A DNA stretch of 63,999 bases, filler included, from Catajapyx aquilonaris (GCA_000934665.2; 4 parts of 4 records of this genome joined end to end with filler, not necessarily neighbours in it); one strand, 5' to 3'. Shown: positions 12,711 to 25,293, counted from the whole stretch's first letter. The notes: generated from the letters alone by a model not told the origin. Numbers and translations are program-made.

Positions 12711-15700
12711 ATAAGCTAAGCATTATCATATGTCTTCTATAGAATGGAAGCGACGACCTCTTCCACCAACTCCCCTTCGGACGCGGCTTCCAATAAGTAT
12801 GTTATTACAGCTCGGGCCATAGTGGCCATCAATGGCGGGAGGGCCGTGTGCAATGAAGACATCAAGGAGTATATCTACGGGGGTATTATCATGACGGACT
12901 GAGTGAGGGGCAGCTCACAACAGGCCTGTCACAACAAAATTCATTAGTATGCCTACCAGAAGTTACAACTGAAACAGGCCTACTCACTATTTCATCTCAT
13001 GGGCACGGTGATTAAGATTTTGTTTGGCATTGGTAATCTGGAGAAAATATTCGACATGTATATCGACAACAGAATACTGACTCTTCACCTTCCACTTATG
13101 CGAGGAGCCTAGCTTCATCCAGTGCAGCTCCTTCTTCAAGTCCGGTGATGAAGACCACAATTCAGAGACTTAAACTTTGAAGACACTCATCGTCATGTGA
13201 TGGCATTTCAAGTGATTGGTGCTCAGTATGTAACTCTTTAAGTGAAAGCACATATGGGAAACACACTGTCAATCAATTACGCAACAGTGTGATGCTCTCC
13301 GCAGGTACATGGTAGCTGGGCCTGAAATCTACGGAATTACTCACTACTTTGACGAAATCATTTCCAAACCGTGACAAGTACAGAACACACGCCGTACTAC
13401 GCTCCATTTTCCATTTTCCGTCATGCGTGAAATGTCACAAGAGTTATACATAGAGGATGAATACATAGAGCATTGGCCTCTGGCATGTGCAATTTCGACA
13501 CTTTGTCTTCATTCGTCCACTGAAAATAACACACCTTCCTTCCTAATCATACGTAACGGAATTTATGTATTTATTGTAACTGGTGTTTATAAGCTACGCC
13601 AGGCAGCTTTTGAAAACGTCCATGTTGCATCCTTTCCACGAACAAAATAAGCAGCAGCTACAGCACCACATTTAAGGCCGGTTTGCATTGGATGGTGCAC
13701 ATTAGTGACTCCCAGAGTTAATTCACTCCACGACTTAAAAGTTGGAACCATGATGCGTGGGTTTGCAGAAACATCCCATCCGATAACTCCAGAAACCACG
13801 CTCGACTAAATACGTTTTCCATTACCAGGATAATCTCATAATTAAAACTGATTGTCCTTACCATCTTTGTTACCATACATTGCCTGTGAGATCGAAGGAC
13901 TGGCAGGAATGACCAGATGATAACAGATCACGACATGAAAAGGGAGAGAATGAATTGCTGTAAAAGTGTGAGGTAACAACACTGGTTGGTTTCTTACTCT
14001 TCTGGATATATATTATTCTAGTTCATCGACGCATTTCACGACATTTCACGACTTGGATTTAATTCCAACTAGTATCACCAGAATGATCTCTGTGATAATC
14101 ACAAAGAGCGGAACAAGTTCGATTAACGAGAAATAATTCCAGCTGCTGGTGACAATATTGTCGGATTATTTGTTCTTCTTAGGACAACGAGGAGGATCCA
14201 TCAACATCACATTAGGACGTGACTGTCGCGTAATTTCCCTGATAATGTCAACATCCCTGGAACTAACTAATGACGATGTTATAGAAGCCTACAATCCTCA
14301 AGACGGTGGATGATGATTTCAGCAGCTGCCTAGACTCGCCTGGAGGTTGACTATAATGAGGAAAGGTACGCTGTAGTTTGAACATAATTCATAAATAACA
14401 TTGGTATCCTGAGTCCCCTCAACTGCAGAACAAAATTCACTTGTTGCAGTTGCAGTGGCATGTCCGTCAGATATTCCAAAAACCATCGACAAGTGTTTCG
14501 AGTGCCGCATCTGGCCGCATCGTCTTCAACACAGAGCATAGCCAACCCATAAGTCAAAAGTTGTGATACAGAGTAGGCCCATCATCTGGTTACAACAAAT
14601 CCTACAATATACTACTACACAGGTAGTGTATTTGTCCGCTTTTTCAAGTCTCAGGTACTCATGATTATAAGAATATAATGAAATATATTGTTTGCTGAAG
14701 TTGCACAAAAGAGGCAGAAGACTTGACACCCCAAAATGTGACCCTACCTCAGGTCATCCGCCACAGGCTCCATCCTACTGTGCAACGGACACAGGGTTAT
14801 GGAGACAATATGATAAAGCACTTAGAGCACATCATTCATTAAACATTACAGAAATCTGCCCATTACAAAACAGCTAGAAAGCTTATTGTCTCACGAATGG
14901 ACGTTATGGCATCAGATGGTGAAAACAAATTTGGCCCAACAGCTGCATGTGTTCCATAGATAACGCATGATCCGACTATTCGACAAGGCCCAACACTGGC
15001 TTTAAAGGCCTATTTTTACACATATTTTGTTGCATTAATGCCACCCAAAAAGAGTACACGCAATGTCATAAAGGCATAAACCTGACCAGAAGGCCACGTC
15101 GCGACGTGAAGCATTTTGACATTACACACTGTTGCTCTCTAAAACCTTCCCCTTCAATATTGTGTAATTTATCAAGTTAGTGGCAATGGATCGTACCCAC
15201 AATATCAAGTGGGAAGACTGAAATAGATTAAAGCTGAGTGTTTACTACCATCAGCCTAGATATAACTGGAACCTACATTCTACTTCAATTTGAAAAGTTG
15301 CGCCTGTGTTTTGTGTATGACTGCACTAAGATGCACAGAGGAGACGAGGTGGTTCCGTTTCCGACATACACCGGGAGATCGGTAACTTAGGTACCACCAA
15401 GACAGAGCAACACCCGACAGGTTCATAAGATGGGAGTGACTTCCACATCACTAGTCCTCACTAATCCTATGGATAGACGAAGCTACCACCGGCATAGCTC
15501 TTTGGGGTCACGGGACAAGCTGATTCCCCAACAGACCAGGAAAATCACAGTGGTTTCAATTTCTCAGGTATCAGTCATATTGTTTAGATAAACCCACTTC
15601 GTATTTATACTTGGAGACTATGGGAGACCTTAGGCATAGGGGTCATGGCTGGAAAACTATTCAAAATTGCCTTCTGATAGCTAGTTTTCATTCTTAATTT

Positions 15701-15731
15701 CTTGTTGTTAACCTGAAATATATGCTTCTAG

Positions 15732-15888
15732 GCTCTAAGTCAAGAGGAAGAGGAAGAGGCAGTTGAGGAGAGTGGCGTCCTACTGAAGGACATTGACCTA
15801 GTGATGGCAGAAGCCAAAGTAACCCGAGATAAGGCTATAGAAGCCTTGAAAAAGAACCACTTTGACAGCTTCGATGCCATCTCGGGGA
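15732..15888 (+). CDS. Exon encoding a NAC-alpha-like C-terminal UBA domain (partial gene)
   Basis: After a ttctag acceptor: ALSQEEEEEAVEESGVLLKDIDLVMAEAKVTRDKAIEALKKNHFDSFDAI, versus NACA [43 protein letters not shown]. The 3' end is uncertain (frame open to TGA at 15980). Confidence 0.65.
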
Positions 15889-15996
15889 GTAAATTTGCTC
15901 ACAGTTGCTTAGGCAACTTCTTTCCAAGGAAAATGCGACATTTCAACTTTACTTACCCTTGGTTGTTGGCTTGTTCTTGACATGGCAGTGGGCCAG

Positions 15997-16096
15997 NNNN
16001 NNNNNNNNNNNNNNNNNNNNNNNNNNNNNNNNNNNNNNNNTTAATTAATTAANNNNNNNNNNNNNNNNNNNNNNNNNNNNNNNNNNNNNNNNNNNN
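15997..16096. other. Artificial contig spacer
   Basis: N44-TTAATTAATTAA-N44 (stops in all six frames). Confidence 0.97.
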
Positions 16097-16198
16097 TGTA
16101 TGTGTTGGTCGATCATGTGTGTAGAATAAACAAAGAGTTGCATGTATTTATGTAATTAATTTCAATCGCTCATATACCTGATAACAATTCCAGTGATA

Positions 16199-17026
16199 AT
16201 GGCTTCAGAGAATATATTTACCAGTGCGTTCAACAATGAAGAAGAGACATTAGGAGTCGTTTCCGGAATAACTAGTGGGGTACGTGATCTGCTGAAATTG
16301 CAATATAAATTTGCACTAAACTGATTCACGTTTCAGATCATGCAAGAGACCACTGACGATGGAGTAGGAAAGGATGGGATCAAGAAGGGAGGAAACAAAA
16401 ATCGCTGCTGCATTTGCCAAAAAATATTGTACGATGCAACCAGCTTGAAAAATCATATGCGAATTCATACGGGAGAAAAACCATTTCATTGTGATGTGTG
16501 TCGGAAACAATTTCGTACTGTCAGTAGTTTGAATGTTCACATGCGGGTTCATACGGGTGAGAGACCATTCGTTTGTGACGTCTGCCATAAAAAATTCCAT
16601 ACGTCAAGTTATTTGAAACTGCACATGCTGATTCATACGGGAGAGAAACCGTTTAATTGCGAGATGTGTCATAAAAATTTTAGCAGTTCAAGTTCCTTGA
16701 AATCTCACGCGGTTAGTCATGCCGGAAAGAAACAATTCGTTTGTGAGGTGTGCCAGAAGATGTTCCGTCGTGCACGTGAACTGAAAGACCACCTGCGAAT
16801 TCATACGGGAGAAAGTCCATTTCAATGTGAAGTGTGCAATAATATATTGTGTAATGCAAGTAGTTTGAAAGTTCACATGCGAGTTCATACGGGAGAAAAG
16901 CCGTTTCATTGCGACGCGTGTCCCGAAAGATTTCTAACTTCAGGCAATTTGAAACGGCACATGCGAAGTCATACAGCAAAGCATGTAATTGCTGTCGAGC
17001 CATCTCTTCAAAAAAAAATTAAGTAA
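16199..17026 (+). CDS. C2H2 zinc-finger protein, 7 fingers
   Basis: Exons 16199-16279 and 16337-17026 (57-nt GT-AG intron); seven CxxC...HxxxH fingers with TGEKPF-type linkers. May have further 5' exons beyond the contig edge. Confidence 0.88.
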
Positions 17027-17384
17027 TGCACCATCGGCCTCGATGCATTAAAATCCACGTAACTCATGAAAGTGTGTACAGTGTTGTGTACTGTACATAT
17101 AAGTTACAATATTTACATATTTTATTAATGCATGTTGTGAAAAAGGTGATCAATGATTTGAACTTTGGGGAGGTTTTGTTAATTATAATTAATTAGGAAT
17201 AAATAAAAAAATTCCTGAAGTGTTCGAATATCCCGGGGGGGTTTAACACTGTTCCCAACAGATATTTAAATTTTCGAATATTTAACAGCTGAAAACTTAA
17301 CAACCACATCATTTCGTTAAGTACGATGCATTTAATTAACAAATCAATTAAGTTAATTAATACGCCAGTAATGCCAACCGCTGT

Positions 17385-17515
17385 GTGTTGGCACCATTGG
17401 CGACTGTCACTTGTTCGCCGGAATCCAAAATGGCCGCCATGTTTTTGTTCAAAAGCAGATTTTCCGAGTGTAATTAGCGTTAATTAGACGTATAATTACA
17501 CTGGAAGGAGTACAG
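17385..17515 (+). promoter_or_regulatory. Putative core promoter / 5' non-coding exon of zinc-finger gene 2
   Basis: gttggcacc motif, YY1-like caaaatggcc, donor gtaact at 17516, acceptor cctgcag at 17693 just before ATG 17698. Confidence 0.5.
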
Positions 17516-17697
17516 GTAACTAGAGCTGGGCTGCAGGACATGCTCTGTACTCTCACAGAGAGTGAGTAGGGCTCAGTTGAGAAACTGTAGATGTAGGCCT
17601 CTGTTTAACTTGACATGTCATGAGGAACGTTCCTTCCAATGCAGCTTATCCACTATTTGGGATTAGCCTTTGACCTGACTGGGTGACCTGCAGGACC

Positions 17698-18411
17698 ATG
17701 TCATTGTTGGAAGTGAAGAAGGAACCGGAGGAAGATGGGAGCCAGACGGTGGAGGAGACCCTGCAGATAACCGTGAAGGAGGAGACCCTTTCATGCTTCT
17801 ATGACGATGAATCCATTCTTAATGAGGACGCTCTGGGTGAGATCAAGAAGGAGGAAGCCGAAGAGGAGGAAGAGATGGTGGTGGACACGTCCAGTGCCGT
17901 CGCAGATGAGGAGGATCCACTGGCAGTCGATTCTGGACGCACTAGTGCGGTACATATGCTCCAATTTCAATATAAATTTGTGCTAAACTGATTCACATTT
18001 CAGACCGTGCAAGAGACAGCTGAAGATGGAGTAGAAAAGGATGGGATTCAGAAGGCACAGTACGCAGGAATCTACCCTGTACAAAATCCACTCGAGTGCA
18101 AAGTATGCGGGAAATTATGCGGTTCTCTGCTTAAATTGGAAATGCACATGTTAATTCACGACGATAAATGCTGCTGCCAGATTTGCCGGAGAAAATTTGC
18201 TTATCCAAGCGCATTGAAAACGCACATGCAAATGCATGCGCCAGAGAGATCATTAAGTTGCGAGATGTGCCATAAAAACTTTCGTTATTCAAGCAGTTTG
18301 AAAACGCACATGCTGCTTCATACGGGGGAGAGACGATATAGTTGTGAGCTGTGCAACAAAAAATTTATTTATCCAAGCCATTTGAGACAACACATGGAGT
18401 CATGCAGGTGA
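17698..18411 (+). CDS. C2H2 zinc-finger protein with acidic N-terminus (~219 aa; 4th finger truncated)
   Basis: Exons 17698-17949 (MSLLEVKKEPEE...EEDPLA) and 18004-18411; the intron is homologous to that of the upstream zinc-finger gene. Last finger ends HMESCR*, with HAGEKPF in the adjacent frame. Confidence 0.85.
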
Positions 18412-19830
18412 GAAACCATTCATTTAAGGCATCCTTATAGATCAATATTCGGAAATAACAACAACTCTTGTGTATATTGTATGTATCTGTTGGTCTATCA
18501 TGTTTACAATAAACGGAGAGTTGCATGTATTTATGTAATCATTTTCAGTAACTTCTATACCGTATAACTTATAGAGGGCACTCTGTGTGAGATCAAGCAG
18601 GAGACAGCGAGGATTGCACATTCGAATTCATACATAGTAAAAAAAAAGCAATTAGATGTGAAGTCTTCCAGAAATAATTATATCATTATTATATTAATCA
18701 TTATATTAAGTCAGAATAGTGATGTTGGTTAATAACATTGCTTTATTTCAGACACATGTTCTTTATTGTTGTAAATTTTATGCTCAAGAAAGGTACAAAA
18801 AAGGTTTTAAAAAAATATCATGTTCACAAATGTAAATTGATTTAAAAAAAATTAGGTATTATTTTTCATATTTTGTCATCATTAATACTAATCAACTGTT
18901 ATTTTATTTGGAATTAACATTTTCGCATAATTGCACCTGTTTGAACCTGCTTTAACATTGTTAACAGGTAATTAACTTTCAATTATCTTAAAGCACAGAG
19001 GTTAACATAATCTGCAGAATCCAGTTAAAATACGAGGATTTTACTTAGCATCATAAAGAGATTATAATTAGCTCGTTATATTATAATAATTTTTTCTGTG
19101 TGCTGCTGTTGCTTGTTTGCCAATAATGCGCATACTTTTTTATTGCAAAGAATGAGAGCCCACAGATTTCCAGGAAATAAATGACGTCAATTAGACATAT
19201 AAGTTCTGGATACCTGTGCATTTACATGTCCAATTATAAATTCATTAGATACTTCTGAGGTGATATTAACGTGTCGAGTTCATACGTTGATTTTGGGGGC
19301 ACAACTCTGAAAATATTTAAGAAAATTAAAAATTAATAGATAAGTACGGTAGTAACTGAAATTGCGACCAATTGCGCCATATGTTTTTTTTTACTGCGTA
19401 CAGCACAATATAACAAAATGGAATCAATAAAAATTATTAATTACATCGTTATTGTTTGAATGTCCCGCTTTAACAATGCTGCCAATAGATATCGAACATT
19501 CAACTTAAACGCACACTAAAATATTGTTTAAATACAAGGCATTTAAAATGACTACAATTATAATTACATCATTAGGTAGTTAGCTAATTATTATATATTT
19601 TTTAAAAAACTGTTGGCACCACAGTAGTTGGCACCATTGGCCGAGCGTCATTTGTTTTTCCAACATGGCGCCCGATTATGTAAAAAAAATATATATTTTT
19701 TTGACTCGCTGGAATTTCCGGGAAATAAATGACGTTTAATCAGACTTTGCAACTAGGAGTTGAGTACAACAGGTAGTTAGAGTTGCATATGCTAAGTACT
19801 GTCAAAGAGAGTCGGTTTGTTCCAGGGTGG

Positions 19831-19934
19831 TATAATTAGCATAATTGTCAAGTGAATTCACTTGACAATTATGCTAATTATATGCTGCTAAAATCAGCAA
19901 CAGGCTTAAGCCTGTTGCTGATTTTAGCAGCATA
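19831..19934. repeat. Two abutting perfect palindromes (52 bp and 54 bp)
   Basis: 19831-19882 tataattagcataattgtcaagtgaa|ttcacttgacaattatgctaattata; 19881-19934 tatgctgctaaaatcagcaacaggctt|aagcctgttgctgattttagcagcata. Confidence 0.95.
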
Positions 19935-20539
19935 AAATTTTTTGAAAATAATTCACATTTAACGAGTAATCAATAATAATTAGTAATTGATAATGAGTCA
20001 CAATAATGAGGGAATAATGAGCAAACTGTTGCTGACTCATTAAGTCATAATTAATTAAGTCATATTATATTGAGCAAACTTGTAATGAGCTAATAATAAG
20101 CCAAGTAATATTTAATAATGAGTCATAATTAGCAAAGTAATATTTAATAATTTGTCATAATAATTAGAAAAGTAATGTATAATAATGAATTATAATGATT
20201 AGAAAATCAGCAATTAATAATTCAATTGAGTATAATCAGTAATTCCTGTAATCAATAAGTACGATAATTACCTATAATCAGTAATTAATAATTCAATTCA
20301 GTAATCAGTAATCACCATAATATGCACAATGATTAGCTGATCAGTAATTAATAAGTACAAGAATTAGCAAATTGGTGATTTAATCATTTAGTCCGTAATT
20401 AGCAAATTAATTTTAAACAATTAATAGAATAAGTTATGTCATTGATAAAATAATATGAATTAATAGCCTTAAATTTCGTAGCGGTTGAAGTTACCGGTAC
20501 CTGAAAGTTTCAAATTTTGTCAATTTTTTTACAGCGAAC

Positions 20540-22403
20540 ATGTCACAAGACGAGAGCATTTCAGATCCACTCGATGAGGCTCCAAATTATTATAGAAGAT
20601 GTACCGCCGAAGCAAGTAGAACAATAGATGAGGTGAGTTAATGCAGCTGTTTACACTTGTTAATTAATAATAATAATAATGCTTAATTTTCAAACTTTGA
20701 AGGACGAGGTGGCAGTGGCCCTTGCAGCGGCCTGCAGCACTGGAGATCTGAGCTCGGTGGACAGACTCGTACGGGACACACAGATTGGGGCTGTCCTGGA
20801 CCGCCGATTTTGGTTGGGACAAGGCTCGATACACACGGCCGCTGAGTTTGGTCATGCTGAAGTCATCACAAGTCTGATCCGGCATGTTGTGGATGCCAAA
20901 ATGGATCGTGACATGACAGCTTTGCATCAGGCGGCCAAGAACGGGCATGAGGACGTGGCTCTACTGCTGCTACACCACGGAGCTGACATAAATGCGAAGG
21001 ATGTCGATGGACGAACCGCAGCTGACATAGCCAAAGAGAATGGCCACTATTCATTAGCCAAACTCATAAGACCAACCATTGATGATGAAGCGACGATACC
21101 AGTAAGCAGATAACTACAGAGTCGATCAAAATTGTACGTTGTTAATATTTCAGGCGTCCGAGTCGCACTCGTTTCTAGAAGCCTGCAAGCATGGAGATCT
21201 GTCCAGAGTCCGACAAATGGTGAAGAAGTACGGGATTGAAGCCCTGCAATACGTCGTGGATCATGACGGAGACGCTGCGATCCACTTGGCGTCGCAAAAT
21301 GGGCATGATCAGATTGTCCTTTTCCTGATGAAAGAAAGGTGGTTTGTCGATCAGCGGAATGATGAGTACAGGACGACATCGCTTCACTGGGCTGCCTATG
21401 AAGGTCATGTTTGGGTTGCTCGTTTGCTGGTTAGCAATGGAGCAGACATAGCCGCGAGGGACTTCAGGGGAGATCAGCCCATACACTTGGCTGCGAGGAA
21501 CGGACATGCTGATGCGGTTACATACCTGGTATTGCACGGATCAAATGTTAACGCAACGGGCCACCAAAGCGCAACCCCACTTCATTTCGCCGCACAACAA
21601 GGTCATACGGATGTGGTCAAATACCTTATTGTGAACGGAGCTGAAATGTTGGCCACAGACAATTACGGACACACGCCATGCGACCGAGCTTTGGAGTCCG
21701 GACATCGTCATTTGGTGCACCTTTTGGACGAAGATTTGGCAGGATCGGATGTAAGTCTGAGTTATACTGTACCCTGCAATATTTTGACATATTTCATTTG
21801 CAGTATGCGTCAGACGATGGAGTCAATTCAGATGTGGTCACTGCCACATCCGATGCTTCAGATGATGGAGTCAGTTCAGATGTGGTCACTGCAACATCCG
21901 ACGCTTCACCCGGAATTTCAGCACCGATGTCCAAATGTCCATCCAACGACATGCAAAAGTCAGCAGCTTCGACTCTTTTCCCACAATTCAAGTTCACGTC
22001 TTTGACGCCTTACGTTCCGAATCCCCAACTTGTCAAGGCTTCGTCCACATCCGCTTCGACTCCTTTCCCACAATTCAAGTTCACGCCTTTGACGCCTTAC
22101 GTTCCGAATCCCCAACTTGTCAAGGCTTCGTCCACATCTGCTTCGACTCCATTGTCACAATTCAAGTTCACGCCTCATGTCCCAAAGCCTCAACCTGCTC
22201 CATCCACATCCGCATCCGCATCTGGTTCAAATCCATGTCCGCCATTCGTATTCACATTTAATGCCAGAAGCCCGACGACACAAAAGGTGGTGGGATCTTC
22301 CACTGATGAGTCAAATTTTAAGGCCCTATCCGCTGACTTTAATCGTTTCACTTTTGATGTGTCCAATATTAAGTTTGCCGATAATATGTTCTTGCCACGC
22401 TAA
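20540..22403 (+). CDS. Ankyrin-repeat protein with S/T/P-rich FxF-repeat tail (~562 aa)
   Basis: Exons 20540-20632, 20703-21101, 21154-21750, 21804-22403, all phase-0 GT-AG introns, open frame. Multiple ANK repeats (TALHQAAKNGHEDV, TSLHWAAYEGH, TPLHFAAQQGH). Confidence 0.9.
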
Positions 22404-22724
22404 CGTTTCTTCTAGGGGAAGAGACGATCACATAGAACTGGGGGAGATTCTTGCACCTGGGAACATTTGACGTGATATTTGAGAGAGAACGGGGGGATAG
22501 TTTAATCTTATACGGACAAGATGAAGTTTCATGAACAATCCTTTTATGTCTCTGAAGGCGGGTGCGGCCTGTTTTCATGGGGAACGGATAGAACTCGTGT
22601 GTTATACAGATTGTTTTGTACATTTTTTGTACTGCTTTGAAATATTTTGAACTAGTCGCTTTCAGACCGACCATTGCTAATACTTAAACTGGTTAATACT
22701 CAGTAAATGTGCACTGCAAATATG

Positions 22725-22819
22725 AACATACTTCGACGCCTAAGGATTATATTGTCGTATGTCCATTGTTAAAACGTGGACATACGACAATATAATCCTT
22801 AGGCGTCGACTTGTATGTT
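22725..22819. repeat. Long hairpin (33-bp perfect stem, 11-nt loop)
   Basis: tcgacgcctaaggattatattgtcgtatgtcca (22733-22765) pairs with tggacatacgacaatataatccttaggcgtcga (22777-22809); extended by aacatac/gtatgtt. Confidence 0.9.
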
Positions 22820-24963
22820 ACGCTTTAATCACATATTATGAGCTCTCAAACCTTAGCATTACATAATTACATAATTATTTATAAATGGTGTATGTAAAAT
22901 CGGGAACGATTTAAAAGCTGTTACCGCTACATGTCCCACTTACAATAATATTTCCTCTCGATGATTACGAGATTGAGATTGACATTATCTATAATGTGGA
23001 GGAATTATTATGCAATCATCCCAATTGCACCATGAATATACGGATGTGCCATCAATCGTTGAGTTTATTCGCTTTTTCCTTGCTGCCAGTTCACACAGCT
23101 GTTCCTTCAGAAAGCTCTATAAATGTCATTTCATAAATTAATATTTCATTGTCGTAACAGTAAATTTATTAACAAGGTATTTTACTGATAAAAAGACAAT
23201 GTGTTGCATCTTATTCATACAATTGCACGTGGAAAGTATGTTACATCAACATCGACAAAATTGCAATACAAATTAATATGAGCGAAATTGAATGTATTGA
23301 AATACGTAAACATAATTATGTAATTAAATGCAATATATTTTAAAGAAGTTGACAAATTTAGTAAACAAAATGATAAATACCAGGTATCCAGTATAGATAA
23401 ATTAAATGCAGTAAAATATAAGTGAAATGCAATGAATTATAAATTTCAAACTGAAATACAAATGAATGAAAGATGTTAAATATAAACAAAATTAAATACA
23501 ACGAAATAAAAATATGTAACAAAGAATCAAATACTAAATGAATTAAATGCCGTAAATATAAGTGAATTAAATGCAAATATGTACAACGAAATTCACACAA
23601 ATAAATGAAATCAAAAAGCACTTAACTAATGAAATGTAAATAAATACAAAAATGAAAATGTTAAAGTTAAATATGAATAAATGTATCAAAATTTATTGAA
23701 TCTGACTTAAGACATTAAACACCTGCATATTAAATATGTAGTAAAATGTAAGTGAATTAAACTAAGTAAAATACAGATAAATGCAATGGACAGGGTAATG
23801 TCATTCACTCCTGGTAATGTACACAAACGAAATCAAAAATCAAGCATATTTAAATAAAACTGATAATAGATGCAAAAATGAAAAATATATTGAACGAGAT
23901 TTAAACCACATTAAAATTATAAATACTTATCTAGGCCCACCCCCCATTGTCTTTAATTTCCACATTTGAAATTCGAACATCCCGCGGCTCGGCAGTGCTA
24001 CCAACCTCCTCATGCTCCAATTAAAATTCTTTTTAAATAATACATCGCCAAATCATGTTTCCAACAGCTCCGACTTAATTAAATAATTAGTGTGCTAATT
24101 ACAATTTGTAAACAATGTCAATTTTATGAGAATCTCAAGGCCATTGGCCTCGCATTTTATTTTATTTTTTTTATTTTTTTTTTGTCCTGTGTTCCAAAAT
24201 GGCGTGTGTGACGCTGTGAAGAAAAAGAGAAGACAAAGAGACGGGTCTCTCTTTGGCTCCGCAGGTAAAAAAGAAATGATTCCGTTTTCAAATTACTCCT
24301 TGCTAATTTTTTGTTGAGGGATGCAGCCCCACACGGAGCGACACTTACACCCCCAATTGGTAAAGAGTACAGAAGGATGACAGGTCCAGAGAGAGAGAGG
24401 CTGGTATATAGTGTGTGTGGGAGGGGAATGTGTTGTTGTTGCTACGGGCGACATCTCCCCCACCCCTTTCCCCGGGAGGAAAGGATTGACGTCAATCGGG
24501 CAGGGGCTGGGGGGATGATGATGAAGAGGGCCAGACAGACGGACAACAAAAGGAGGCTGGGGACGAGGGAGAGCCAACAGGTCTTTGCCGCAAAGTTGGA
24601 ACACAACATGCCGAAGCATGGGATTGGCATCCACACGGGGATGTGCACCAGGAGCCGCGCTGGGAAGGAGAGTACGGAAAGTCAACCTCTCATTATCCTC
24701 GTCCAGGAGACACTCTTTTTTAATATTAAAAAAAAAAAAATGGCCAAGTCCACTTTTGGAGCGGCGCACGTGCCGCAATTGTGGCGTTTAATGTCATTTG
24801 GGGGTGTTAATTACGCATTGCCGTAACTAGTAGGTGTGGGAATGTCATTGGGTTTTAATGAAGCGTTTCCGTAATTATGTGTTGTAATGTGATTTGGTTT
24901 TAATTATCCATATCCGTAATTATGTGTTNTTTCAATGTCATTGGGTTTTAATTAAGCATTCCA

Positions 24964-25293
24964 GCGAGGGAGATGAAGTGGCGCCGCGGATATTAAGGTC
25001 CCGGGTTCAATCCCCACCCGGGGTTCCCACCTTTATCCGTGCAGAGTTGGGCCATCTCTGGCTTCGTTTCGGGTGGCAATTTCCGACAGACTAAGCCACC
25101 CGGGGGAGTTCACAAAATGACCAAGCAACGACATTGCACTTGCACTTTGCACATCCCCTCCTATTCATTCCCCCTTCGCTCGCGGTACCCGGGCGTTACG
25201 GTAAAAGCTTGTACATCTTAAGCAAATAAAGGTACCGTGCCAGACGCCCAATTAGGGCGGTGCACTAACCCGATTATTATTATTTAAAAAAAA
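24964..25293 (+). mobile_element. tRNA-derived SINE (family A, tail type 1)
   Basis: A-box-like gtggcgccgcgg, B-box ggttcaatccc, A-rich tail, 15-bp TSD taattaagcattcca (24949-24963 / 25294-25308). Homologous copies at 55770, 59375, 63809. Confidence 0.9.

Noticed and set aside
15732..17026. NAC-UBA / zinc-finger fusion gene
   Set aside because: The two parts are separated by an artificial spacer; contigs are probably unlinked.
23240..23930. AT-rich quasi-periodic tract (also 19960-20470)
   Set aside because: Degenerate low-complexity repeat without definable unit or termini.
24293..24826. Overlapping 160-170 aa ORFs on both strands
   Set aside because: No recognisable domain or splice pattern; GC/purine-rich non-coding or repeat sequence.
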